Positions 18,052 through 27,542 of a stretch of 64,000 nt of DNA are shown in pieces. This stretch comes from an uncultured bacterium. GTDB lineage: Bacteria > Actinomycetota > Acidimicrobiia > Spongiisociales > ZC4RG35. The notes under the pieces were generated by a model. It searched no databases, was not told the DNA's origin, and was given only the letters and a program-made list of their open reading frames with translations. The stretch is taken from contig CAVVSY010000012.1 in the NCBI GenBank assembly GCA_963751005.1, positions 27,557 to 91,556 on the forward strand. Direction: 5' to 3'. How positions within the stretch are numbered: position 1 is the stretch's first letter; each line of letters starts with the position of its first letter. Made by a program: the position numbers and the translations under genes.

Positions 18052-19444
18052 GAGGACATGGCCCGGATCATCGACGCCACCGAGACGTCGTCGTCCTCCG
18101 TGACCGCCGACGTCTCCGCGATCGGGAGCGTCACGACGAAGTAGGTCTTCCCCCCGAAACGCTGATACTGGATGGAGCCGCCCATCAGAGAGGTGAGACG
18201 AGCTGCGACCGCGAGCCCGAGACCGACGCTCCCGGTGAGCAGGGGCTTGTCGCCATCGTGGACGAAGCGCTCGAAGAGAGACTCGGCGATGTGCTCAGGC
18301 ACCCCGGGGCCGTTGTCCCAGACCTCGATGTCCACGGTCCCGTCACTGGAGGTCACCTCGACGCCGCACAGCTGCCCACCGTGTCGTGCTGCGTTCGACA
18401 AGAGGTTGATGAGCACATGGCGCAGACGTGCTGCGTCCGCCAGCACCACGGCCAGAGTCGGTTCGCGATCGGATCTCGAGACCGGCCCGCTCGAATGGCG
18501 TGACCGCCGCCTCGAGAACGTCCTGGATCCGGGTGGGAGCGAGCTCGATCTCGACTCCCGTGCTCTGAAGCCTCGAGGCGGCGAGGAGATCGTCGACCAT
18601 TCGGGTCATCTCCGCGGCCTCGTTGGCGATGATCGAGGCGGTCTCCTGAGTGGCCTCGGAGCCCTTGATCGCACCATCGGCGAGGACTTCGGCGAAGCCA
18701 TAGATGGAGGTGAGGGGGGTGCGCAGCTCGTGGGAGAGCCCGGCGATGAACCCATCCTTGGCGCGGTTGATGGTGCGCTCGGCCTCGAGCTCGATCCGAC
18801 TCCGCTCCCGGAATGCCCGGACCTGCCGGCGGGCGACGACGAAGTAGACGAGCACGGCCGATCCGGGGACGGCCAGGGTGAGGATGAAGACGATCCAACC
18901 GTTGAGGGCACGCCCCGCCTGACTGTTCTCCTCGATGGCGGCCTGGATCTGGTCCTGCTCGATGCCGAGCTCATCGCTGAGCTCGATGTATGCCGACTCC
19001 ACCTCGGAGGTGACGATGGTCTTGGCGCCGTCGATGTCGTGGGCGTCGAGTTGTGCTGCGGCCGCGTTCACCGGCGCCACGTAGCGGGCGAGTGCGGGAT
19101 GCGAATCGTGATCGGTGCCGATCTCCAGGAGATGGTTCAGCTCGCCAACGGCGGCGTCGAGCTGATCCATGGCGAAGTCCAGGTCATCCTGGGTTACCAC
19201 ACCGCTCCCCTCCAGCTCGGCGAAGGTGATGGCCTGGGCGAGACCGGCACGGGTGAGCGCGGCGGTGCCCAGGGTGGCGTTGGTCCAATGGAGGGAGCGG
19301 GCATTGGCGGTGACGCGCGTGACACTCATCGAGTTGGCGAACGCCAGCCCGGCGACGAGGAGCAGCACGACGACACCGGCGCCCACCGAGTAGACGACCG
19401 TACGGCGACGTGATGTGGAGCGCGGGACGCGCCACTGTGGCCAT
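18048..19444 (-). pseudogene. sensor histidine kinase (two TM segments, periplasmic helical domain, HisKA + HATPase_c), 1-2 frame breaks
   Basis: ORF 18343..19887 carries the H-box FIAGLSHELRTPLTSIYGF. ORF 18048..18449 carries the N/G boxes (LINLLSNAARH, WDNGPGVP, GSVGLGLAV). One break lies near 18450-18470. ATG 19444 is out of frame with the body, so either there is a second break near 19405 or the start is the GTG at about 19389. Confidence 0.8.
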
Positions 19445-19508
19445 GAAAAATGATCGGCAGGGCCGGAAAAACGGCACATAGGCCGTTTGGCCCCCCCAGG
19501 GAGGTCGG

Positions 19509-20297
19509 CTACAGGCGGGGCCAGGCTCCCGGGGCCTCCTTGACCACCGAGTCGAAGCGGAGCCCCATCAGGATCACCCCCGCCGCCCCGGCATCGCGTG
19601 CCCGACGCTCGATCTCCGTTGTGATCTCCCACCCGGCCTTGCGACGCACGTCGGGGGCGTATTCCTCGAGCCGTCGTTTCAGCCGGTCTCCTGCCGGGAC
19701 CGCCCCGATGCTCTCCATGCGCTCCACCCACTCGACGTGGAAGGGCGGGATCACCATCAGGAACACCGGCGGGTCGTCCGGCCCGAGACGCAGTTTGGAC
19801 ATGTGTGGCTCCACCGTGTCGGGGTCGAGGACCGGCCCGGCGACGAAGAACTGGGTGCCGAGCTCGATGCGACGTCGGAACTGCCACTCGGCGAATCGGG
19901 TCGGCATCCCCACCTCGAAGAGTGGTAGCTCCTCCTGAAGCGAGGTGAGGTGGTCGACGATCTCGTGGTGATGGGCGAGATGGTCGACGTGGGGGACGGT
20001 GTCACCGATCACGACCAGGAACGAGTCGACCCCGTTCATCAGGGCGCCACGTACTTCGGACTCGATGGCGAGGATGTTCCGATCCCGGGTCGAGACCACC
20101 ACCGTGGGATGGACGTGGGGCACGTCGTGGGCGATGCGGGCGGAGAACGCATACGGAGAGAGCCGGATCCTCCCGAACACGTTGTCCGTCACCAGGACGT
20201 GGCGCCACGCCGGGAAGAGGTCGTGGTGACGGGACTCCGGGAACTCCGGCGGGTTGATCTCGGCGATCCGGAGCCACCCCTGCTCATGCGTCAGCAA
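19509..20297 (-). CDS. methylenetetrahydrofolate reductase-like protein (short actinobacterial type)
   Basis: ORF 19509..20405. I prefer the TTG at 20297 behind GAGGGAGA, which overlaps the metH end by 14 nt. The sequence is TIM-barrel MTHFR-like (AEINPPEF..., VVVSTRDRN, FLVVIGDT, FFVAGPVLDP). The position directly after metH supports the call. Intact. Confidence 0.6.
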   Translation of the reverse strand: MLTHEQGWLRIAEINPPEFPESRHHDLFPAWRHVLVTDNVFGRIRLSPYAFSARIAHDVPHVHPTVVVSTRDRNILAIESEVRGALMNGVDSFLVVIGDTVPHVDHLAHHHEIVDHLTSLQEELPLFEVGMPTRFAEWQFRRRIELGTQFFVAGPVLDPDTVEPHMSKLRLGPDDPPVFLMVIPPFHVEWVERMESIGAVPAGDRLKRRLEEYAPDVRRKAGWEITTEIERRARDAGAAGVILMGLRFDSVVKEAPGAWPRL

Positions 20298-23200
20298 AAC
20301 GTGTCTCCCTCGGTTTGCGAGCGATGAAGTACTTCGCCTGGGGGTGGTGACAGATGATGGCCGAGGTGGTCTGCTCCGGCTGATACTGGTACCCCGTCTC
20401 CTCACTCACCTCGATGCCCAATCGGTCGGCCCCGAGCAGCTCGGCCACGGTCTCGTTGTCCTCGAGGTCGGGGCACGCCGGATAACCCCAGGAGTAGCGG
20501 CCGCCGCGGTACTTCTGACGGAAGAGGCCCGTGAGTGTCGGCCCGTCCTCGGCGACGAACCCCCATTCGGTCCGGACCCGGTGATGCCAGAACTCGGCGA
20601 GCGCCTCGGCCATCTCGACCCCGAGGCCGTGGAGCAACAGGTAGTCCTGGTACCGGTCCTGGTCGAAGAGCTCCCGGGTCCGCTCCGACACCCGGGCCCC
20701 CATAGTGACGATGTGGAAGGCGGCGTAGTCGGCCTCCCCCGAGTCGATCGGGCGGAAGAAGTCGGCGATGCAGTAGAAGGGCTCCTCTTGCTGGCGGGGG
20801 AAGGAGAACCGGGCTCGCTCGGTGTCTCTCCGCTCGTCCTCCCAGATCACCAGGTCTTCACCATCCCCATTGGCGGGGAAGTAGCCGTAGACCACCTGCG
20901 GCAGAAGCAGTTCCTCGGCACGGGAACGCGCCATCTGGTCGCGCAACACCGGCTGCAGTCGCTCCTTGAAGTCGGGGTCCCGCTCCCCGGGCTCGGGCCG
21001 GTACTGCCACTGGTTGCGGAACAGGGCGGTGAGATTGAGATAAGGGACGATCTCGTCGAGGTTGATGCCCTTGACCACACGCGACCCGAGGAAGGGTGGG
21101 ATGAAGACCTGGTTGTCGATCGCCACCGAAGGGGCCCGAGCAGGAACCTCATCGGCGACCTGGTCGGAGACGTGGCGCTCCCGGGGCTGGGCCGGCTTGG
21201 GTGGCTCGGCGCCGGACACGATCTTCCCCATGGCGTCCAGCCCGGCGAAGGCGTTCTTGCCGTAATAGAGCGGCCCTGGGTAGCGAGCTCGGAGGTCGGC
21301 CTCGACATAGCTCCTCGTCAGGGCGGCTCCACCGAGGAGGACCGGCACGTCGCCATGCCCGCGTCGCTCCAGCTCCTCGAGATTGTCCTTCATGATCAAC
21401 GTGCTCTTCACCAGGAGCCCGCTCATCCCGATGGCGTCGGCGCGATTCTCCTCGTACGCCTGGATCATCTCGTTGATGCCGACCTTGATCCCCAGGTTGT
21501 AGACCTCATAGCCGTTGTTGCGCAGGATGATGTCGACCAGGTTCTTGCCGATGTCGTGCACATCGCCGGACACGGTGGCGAGCACCACCGATCCCCTGGT
21601 CGCGGTGTCCGCCTTCTCCATCCCCGGTTCGAGATGAGCCACCGCCTTCTTCATCGTCTCGGCCGACTTCAGGACGAACGGGAGCTGCATCTCCCCCGAG
21701 GCGAATTGCTCGCCGACCGTCTTCATGCCGTCGAGCAGGTGGTCGTTGATGATGTCGAGTGGGCGGATCCCCTCGTCCAGCGCGATGTCCAGATCGGTGA
21801 TGACGTTCTTCTGGTCACCGTCGACGATCCGGCGAGCGAGACGCTGACCGGTGTCCAAGCCCTCGTAATGATCGATGCTGTCGTCGGTGGTCGTGACGCC
21901 GGCGAAGAGCTCGAGGATCTTCTCCAGCGGGTCGTAGCCCTCTTGGCGTCGGTCGTAGATCAGGTCGAGGCATGCCTGGCGCTGGGCTTCGTCGATCTTG
22001 CTCAGCGGCTCGATCTTCCCGGCGTGGACGATGGCGGCGTCGAGCCCAGCGCCCACCGCCTCGTGCAGGAACACCGAATTGAGAGCTTGCCGTGCCGCCG
22101 GGTTGAGGCCGAAGGAGACGTTGGACACCCCGAGCACGGTGCGCACCCCGGGGATCTCGGCCTTGATCCTCGTGATCGCCTCCAGGGTGGCGATGGCGTC
22201 GCCACGCAGGTCTTCACCGCCGGTGCTGAGGGGGAAGGTGAGTGCGTCGAAGATGAGGTCCTCCGCCCGGAGGCCGTACCGGTTCACCGCCAGGTCATGG
22301 ATGCGATGGGCGATCTCCAGCTTCCACTCCAACGTCCGCGCCTGGCCCTTCTCATCGATGAGGAGGCAGATCACGGCGGCTCCGTGCCGGCCGGCGAGCT
22401 TGAACACCTTGTCGAGCCGTGAGCCTTCGGCCTCACCATCCTCCAGGTTGGCGCTGTTGAGCACACACCTGCCGCCGAGACGCTCCAGACCGGCCTCCAT
22501 CACTTCCGGCTCGGTGGAGTCGAGGACGACAGGGGCGGCGACGTCGGTGGCGAAGGACGCGGCGAGCCGGGACATGTCGGCGACACCGTCACGGCCGACG
22601 TAATCGACACAGAGGTCGACGAGGTGTGCCCCCTCGAGGAGCTGGGACTGCCCGATGGCGACACAGCCCTCGATGTCGTCGGCGAGCAACGCATCCCGAA
22701 AGGCCTTGGAGCCGTTGGTGTTCGCCCTTTCGCCGATCATCAGGAAGGACGTGTCCTGGTCGAAAGCGACCTGGGAGTAGATCGAGGACGCCGACGGGAT
22801 GTCCTCGGGTTGCCGGTCATGTGGCTCCAAGCCGCGCACCGCAGCCACGACCGCGGCGAGGTGCTCCGGTGTCGTCCCGCAGCAGCCGCCCACAACGCCG
22901 ACACCCAACTCGGCGACGAATTCGGTGAGATGACTCGCGAGACCGTCGGGATCGAGGTCGTATGCCATCTCCCCGTCGATGACCTTGGGGAGACCGGCGT
23001 TGGGTATCGCGGAGACGGGCACCGGGGAGTGCCGGGTGAGATGGCGCAGCGGCTCCCACATCTCGGTGGGGCCAGTGGCGCAGTTGAGCCCGATGACGTC
23101 GGCGCCGAGCGGGGCCAGGGCAGTCAGCGCTGCTCCGATCTCGGTGCCGGCGAGCATCCGCCCGGTGAGCTCGATGGTCACCTGGACCTGGAGAGGCACT

Positions 23201-23763
23201 TCCCGGCCGGTGGCCGCCATCGCCCGCCGGGCGCCGGCGATCGCCGCCTTGGCCCCGAGCAGGTCGAACTGTGTCTCGATGACGAAGAGGTCGACTCCCC
23301 CGTCGAGCAGCCCTCTCGACTGCTCCTCGTAAGCGTCGACCAGGTCACGGAACGCGATCTGACCCAGGGTGGCGAACTTGGTGCCGGGGCCGATCGATCC
23401 GGCCACCCACCGGGTCCGCCCGTCGGCGCTCACATACGAGTCGACGACCCCTCGGGCGATGCTGGCACCGGCGGCGGCCACCTCATAGGAACGCGCCTCC
23501 AGCCCGTACTCCCCGAGCGGGACGGCGAACGCGCCGAAAGTGTTGGTCTCGACCACGTCGACCCCGACATCGAGGAACGACCTGTGGAGATCGGCGACTA
23601 CGTCCGGACGGGTGAGGTTGAGGAGATCGATACAGCCCTCGAGGTCCTCGCCCCCGAAGTCGTCGGCAGTGAGCCCGACTCGCTGCAGATTGGTGCCCGA
23701 AGCCCCGTCGTAGATGACGACGCCATCCCCGACAGCTTCTAGAAAGGTTCGCTTGTCGCTCAT
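20284..23763 (-). CDS. metH: cobalamin-dependent methionine synthase
   Basis: ORF 20284..23802 with ATG 23763 (MSDKRTFLEA). All modules are present: the Hcy domain (NCATGP, GGCCGTTPEH), the pterin domain, the B12 domain (GDVHDIGKN) and the C-terminal reactivation domain (RYSWGYPACPD). 1159 codons with no frame break. Confidence 0.97.
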   Translation of the reverse strand: MSDKRTFLEAVGDGVVIYDGASGTNLQRVGLTADDFGGEDLEGCIDLLNLTRPDVVADLHRSFLDVGVDVVETNTFGAFAVPLGEYGLEARSYEVAAAGASIARGVVDSYVSADGRTRWVAGSIGPGTKFATLGQIAFRDLVDAYEEQSRGLLDGGVDLFVIETQFDLLGAKAAIAGARRAMAATGREVPLQVQVTIELTGRMLAGTEIGAALTALAPLGADVIGLNCATGPTEMWEPLRHLTRHSPVPVSAIPNAGLPKVIDGEMAYDLDPDGLASHLTEFVAELGVGVVGGCCGTTPEHLAAVVAAVRGLEPHDRQPEDIPSASSIYSQVAFDQDTSFLMIGERANTNGSKAFRDALLADDIEGCVAIGQSQLLEGAHLVDLCVDYVGRDGVADMSRLAASFATDVAAPVVLDSTEPEVMEAGLERLGGRCVLNSANLEDGEAEGSRLDKVFKLAGRHGAAVICLLIDEKGQARTLEWKLEIAHRIHDLAVNRYGLRAEDLIFDALTFPLSTGGEDLRGDAIATLEAITRIKAEIPGVRTVLGVSNVSFGLNPAARQALNSVFLHEAVGAGLDAAIVHAGKIEPLSKIDEAQRQACLDLIYDRRQEGYDPLEKILELFAGVTTTDDSIDHYEGLDTGQRLARRIVDGDQKNVITDLDIALDEGIRPLDIINDHLLDGMKTVGEQFASGEMQLPFVLKSAETMKKAVAHLEPGMEKADTATRGSVVLATVSGDVHDIGKNLVDIILRNNGYEVYNLGIKVGINEMIQAYEENRADAIGMSGLLVKSTLIMKDNLEELERRGHGDVPVLLGGAALTRSYVEADLRARYPGPLYYGKNAFAGLDAMGKIVSGAEPPKPAQPRERHVSDQVADEVPARAPSVAIDNQVFIPPFLGSRVVKGINLDEIVPYLNLTALFRNQWQYRPEPGERDPDFKERLQPVLRDQMARSRAEELLLPQVVYGYFPANGDGEDLVIWEDERRDTERARFSFPRQQEEPFYCIADFFRPIDSGEADYAAFHIVTMGARVSERTRELFDQDRYQDYLLLHGLGVEMAEALAEFWHHRVRTEWGFVAEDGPTLTGLFRQKYRGGRYSWGYPACPDLEDNETVAELLGADRLGIEVSEETGYQYQPEQTTSAIICHHPQAKYFIARKPRETRFADA

Positions 23764-23822
23764 CTCGCTCCTTGGTCTCTTTCGAAACGCTGCGAGCACC
23801 ACGAGCGACTAACTCGAGGTCA

Positions 23823-23910
23823 CTCATCGAATCCAGGCATTGGCACCGTGCCGGTGAAGGTCGGTTGCCGCGGCTTCGCAGGGCCTGTTCCCTCGGCCGC
23901 TCTAGATGAG
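23823..23910 (-). promoter_or_regulatory. SAM riboswitch aptamer of the SAM-I clan (S-box core, no internal P4; SAM-I/IV-like)
   Basis: Minus-strand RNA: CUCAUC-UAGAG-CGGCCGAGGGAACAGGCCCUGCGAAGCCGCGGCAACC-GACCUUCACCGGCAC-GGUGCCAAUGCCUGGAUUC-GAUGAG. P1 is CUCAUC/GAUGAG. GAGGGA...GGCCC, GGCAACC...GGUGCC and CCAAUNCCUG match the S-box core from memory. It lies 59 nt upstream of the metH ATG. Confidence 0.75.
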
Positions 23911-23925
23911 CGTTTCTTGCCTTTC

Positions 23926-23955
23926 AGACTATCCGCACTCGCCCGATATCGGCAA
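23926..23955 (-). promoter_or_regulatory. candidate promoter for the riboswitch-metH transcript (TTGCCG, 18 nt, TAGTCT)
   Basis: Minus-strand hexamers lie at 23955-23950 and 23931-23926. A transcript would start a few nt before P1. This is a pattern match only. Confidence 0.3.
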
Positions 23956-24033
23956 GCAGGCCGTTGGGATTCCCGCTGTCGACGGCGCACTAGGCGCCGA
24001 TCTCCGTCCCGACCTCGCACAGTGACGCGTCGC

Positions 24034-24240
24034 TCAGACCTGGAGGTTCTGGATGACGATGCCTGCAATGGCGGTGAGCAGCGCGATCAGCAGAATCCGG
24101 CGGGTGAGACCCGCAGTGGCTGGGCCAGTTCGGAATGCCGATAATGCCCATCCTGCTGCGGCAAATTCCACAATCACCACCATCGAACCCGCGCTCGCCA
24201 TCGTGGCTGAGGGCTGACCACTCATTGGGTTCTCGTTCAT
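24034..24240 (-). CDS. small hypothetical membrane protein (68 aa, 2 TM)
   Basis: ORF 24034..24240 with hydrophobic segments MVVIVEFAAAGWALSAF and ILLIALLTAIAGIVI. Intact. Confidence 0.45.
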   Translation of the reverse strand: MNENPMSGQPSATMASAGSMVVIVEFAAAGWALSAFRTGPATAGLTRRILLIALLTAIAGIVIQNLQV

Positions 24241-24299
24241 CGTTATTCACGAGATTGTCTGATGAACCTGGCCGTAGCAAGGGCGGCCAGGCCGTGCCG

Positions 24300-24904
24300 T
24301 CATTTCTTGACGGTGTAGATGGTATGGACGGCATACGGGGAGGTGTAGACGCTTCTGATCACGAGGTCGAAGTCGTGATCGAAGCCGTCGAAGAGCCGTT
24401 TGCCTCGACCGAGTATGACCGGGGCGGTGGAGATGGCTAGGACGTCGACGTATCCGGCAGCCAGCGCCTGACGGATGACGTCGCCTCCGCCGCTGATCGC
24501 GATGTCCTTGCCGTCGGCGGCCGCAGTCGCCTCCTCCAATGCTGAGTCGAGACTGTCGATGAATCTGAATCCGGTCTCGGGGTCGGGTGCATCGTCGAGC
24601 CGGTGAGTCACGACCCAGAGCGGTCCGCCAAACGGGTTGGTGCCACCCCACGCCTCGGCGGAGTCGTACATGCCACGTCCACAGATTCCGGCTCCGATAC
24701 CGGAGGTGAGCGCCTCGAAGAATTCCCGGTCGGCATCCGACATGCCGGCACCCGGCTCATGCTCCGTCTCATAGGTCCACGGCCCGCCCATCACCCAGTA
24801 ATGGAGTCTCTCACCACCCGCCCCAGCCCGCACCCAGGCCCGTCGCCAGGCCCGGTGATGAACCCATCCACAGACGTGGTGATGGTGGCGATGACATTGC
24901 TCAT
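24300..24904 (-). pseudogene. dihydrofolate reductase-like RibD C-terminal domain family protein, one frame break near 24820
   Basis: ATG 24904 (MSNVIATITTSVDGFITGPGDGPG) is out of frame with ORF 24300..25022. That ORF carries GGERLHYWVMGGPW...GGPLWVVTH...ISGGGDVIRQALAAGYVDVLAISTAPVILGRGKRLF. Confidence 0.7.
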
Positions 24905-25175
24905 GATTCCCCCTTGCTGATCGGGACGTTGGATATCCGCGGCACCCTATGGATGTCCCACCTCTATGGAGGTGCTCACCCCTCGAGGGCACGTTCGCGC
25001 GGTGCCAGCCGAGGGAGCGCAAGGACGTCCGAGCAACCCGAGCGGTGCCGATCTAGCGCACCGGGGGATACTCGGTATCCGCCCGAGATGGTGATCTGGG
25101 TCTCAGCGCCAGTCGTTTGTTCAACCCCGGACTTAAGTTCGGCTCTACTCGCCGTCGGACGCCTACGCTCCGGCG

Positions 25176-25651
25176 ATGCGACCCAGCCGTCTGAGATGTC
25201 TTGTTGCTCTGACCCTTCTCACAGCTGCCTGCGGCGGCACTGGGCCCGAGGGTTCCGCCACCACAGTCAGCTCCCAGCCGGACACCACCCTGACCACATC
25301 GGCACCCACTACGACACGTTGCCCCCAACGACCACAGCCGTCGGCTCGGTACCCGCCGAACTGGCCGGGACCTGGACGGGAGAGCATCGCGACACCGGAG
25401 ACGGTGTAAGCCTCGGTCTGAACGGGACAACTTGGTCGCTGGCTTGGGCTACGGCTCCTGGGGTCGGAGGTGACCTCTTGGTGGATGGTGACACGATCGT
25501 CTTCAGCGGGGTTTACGAGTGTCCCGGGGAATTCGAGTACAACTGGTCGATCCAGGATGGCGAGCTCACCCTGACTCCCCTCGGGGAGGATCCCTGTCCT
25601 CGAGGAGGCATCCTCCAGAAGGTCGTCTTCGCCCGGGCAGGGGGCGGGTGA
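25176..25651 (+). pseudogene. hypothetical lipoprotein, one frame break near 25320
   Basis: The signal and lipobox (LVALTLLTAAC) are in ORF 25176..25409. The continuation PPTTTAVGSVPAELAGTWTGEHRD...YECPGEFEYNWSIQDGELTLTPLGEDPCP is in the frame of ORF 24914..25651. Confidence 0.55.
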
Positions 25652-25828
25652 GACTCTAGAGACGGGTCCTCACCCAGACGGTTCCCGGTCGCCACTGGCG
25701 ACGACTACGGCACAGTCACCCGGCCGCTAACCAGCAATATCGCGTCCTCAGATCTTCTTCGGTTTCTGGTGACGTAGCTCTTGAATCTGTCCTGACCGAA
25801 CGTATGTTCGAGACATGGAGAGGGAAAC

Positions 25829-26961
25829 TTGAGCCAGTTGGGATCGGTCCTCGAAGAGGTCGCCGCAACGGCTCTGGAAGATCTGACCGTTGATGACCTG
25901 GCTGCAGAAATCAGCGAAGTTGCCTACGGAATTCAGACACTGGAAGTACTCATGACCCGACTCGTTGCCAGTCTCACTGATCGGGAAGGCCACCACACCC
26001 TCGGGTATTCGTCTCCTACGAACCTGTTGTGTGATGTGGCCCGGATGACACCGACCCGCGCCCGGCACATCGTCTCTTTGGCGCAGGTCGAGGACAAGGC
26101 TCCGCACACCTATCAGGCGTGGGCTCGATGGTCGCCTCTCCACCGACCAGGCCCAACCCTTGTTCCGTGCCGCCCGTCACCTTCCCGACGTCTTCCCGGA
26201 CGCCGAAGAGCGACTCGTCGCCATCGTCGAAGGCCTCGACCCTGTCGACACCCACAAGGTGGTCGAATACTGGCGCGCAGTCGGTCGACGGTCCCGGACT
26301 GGTTGGTCTGGAGACACAGATGGACCGTCGCGGGCTCTCCCTGTCCCGGAGCTTCGGAGGCATGCGACACGTCGACGGATGGATGACAGACGCCGCCAGT
26401 GAAGCATTCGAAGTCGCCCTCGAAGCCAACATGCCACCTCCACGCGAAGGCGACACCCGAACCCCCCGCCAGCGACGTCACGACGCTTTGGAGAACCTGT
26501 GTCGGGACTGGCTGGACAACGGCACCACCTCACAAACCGGTGGCGAGAAACCCCACATCAGCCTCCATGCCGACCCTCCCGCCCTCCAAGGCATCGCCGG
26601 TGGCCTCCATGAAACCGAAGACGGCGCCATCGTCGACGTCGACATGCTGCGGATGATCGCCTGTGACTGTTCTCTCACCCGCATCCTCCTCGGACCCGAA
26701 TCCGAGATACTCGACGTCGGCCGCAAGACCAGAGTGTGGAACCCGGCGCAACGACGGGCCATCGTCGCCCGCGACCGCCACTGCCAAGGACCCGGCTGTC
26801 ACGCCCGAGCCCGACACTGCGACATCCACCACATCCAACACTGGGCCGACGGTGGCGACACCTCAATCGAGAACGGCAGGCTGCTCTGCCGGTCCTGCCA
26901 CACCCAGCAACACCTCGAAGACGGCAAACGACGACGACGCAGGCAACCCAAGGGGTGGTAA
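25829..26961 (+). pseudogene. DUF222-type HNH endonuclease (13E12-repeat-like family), 2-3 frame breaks
   Basis: The N-terminal DUF222-like helices are in ORF 25829..26386. The middle is in 26160..26402. The C-terminus in 26119..26961 has RRAIVARDRHCQGPGCHARARHCDIHHIQHWADGGDTSIENGRLLCRSCH (HNH). Confidence 0.8.
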
Positions 26962-27002
26962 TCCTTCCCCACCACCCCGACGGCACCGGCCATAATGACC
27001 CG

Positions 27003-27539
27003 ATGAATCGAAGCACTGCCGAGTTGGAGGCACTCCTCGACGAGATCCTCCAAGCACCCCAGGACGCAGGGCCGATCGAGATGATCGTGCGTCGTCCCGG
27101 CGAGAACCAGCGTGAGGTGATCCAGTCGGGTGAGTTGAGCCCGGAGACCGGTCTGGGGGGCGACAATTGGAGCGCACGTGTCGGTGGAGACGGCCAGCCC
27201 CATCGGGAGACCCAGCTGACCTTGATGAATGCTCGTGTCGCCGACGCCGTCGCCGTGTCCCGTGACCGGTGGCCCCTCGCCGGCGACCAGATCTATGTCG
27301 ACATGGACCTGTCCCACGAGAACCTCCCCGCCGGCTCCCGGATCAGGGTCGGCGAGGCTGTGGTCGAGATCTCCGAGGTGCCCCACACCGGGTGCGACAA
27401 GTTCGCCGGCCGTTTCGGTGCGGAGGCGCTTCGTTTCGCCAATGTCGGGGTCGGACGGGACAACCGCTTCCGCGGCGTCAACGCCTTCGTCGTAGAGGGA
27501 GGCCCCGTCGCGGTGGGCGACAAGGTCACCAAGGTCTGA
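27003..27539 (+). CDS. MOSC domain-containing protein
   Basis: Internal ATG 27003 in ORF 26736..27539. GEAVVEISEVPHTGCDKFAGRFG carries the conserved MOSC Cys. Intact. Confidence 0.7.
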   Translation: MNRSTAELEALLDEILQAPQDAGPIEMIVRRPGENQREVIQSGELSPETGLGGDNWSARVGGDGQPHRETQLTLMNARVADAVAVSRDRWPLAGDQIYVDMDLSHENLPAGSRIRVGEAVVEISEVPHTGCDKFAGRFGAEALRFANVGVGRDNRFRGVNAFVVEGGPVAVGDKVTKV

Positions 27540-27542
27540 TCC

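Noticed and set aside
19425-19445. GCCACTG, similar to the B12-box core of cobalamin riboswitches, near the kinase start
   Set aside because: This is an isolated heptamer on the wrong strand relative to nearby genes, without any of the surrounding conserved cobalamin-aptamer elements.
20254-22422. 722-aa ORF antisense to metH
   Set aside because: This is a shadow ORF opposite an intact, unmistakable metH. It has the same low-information composition.
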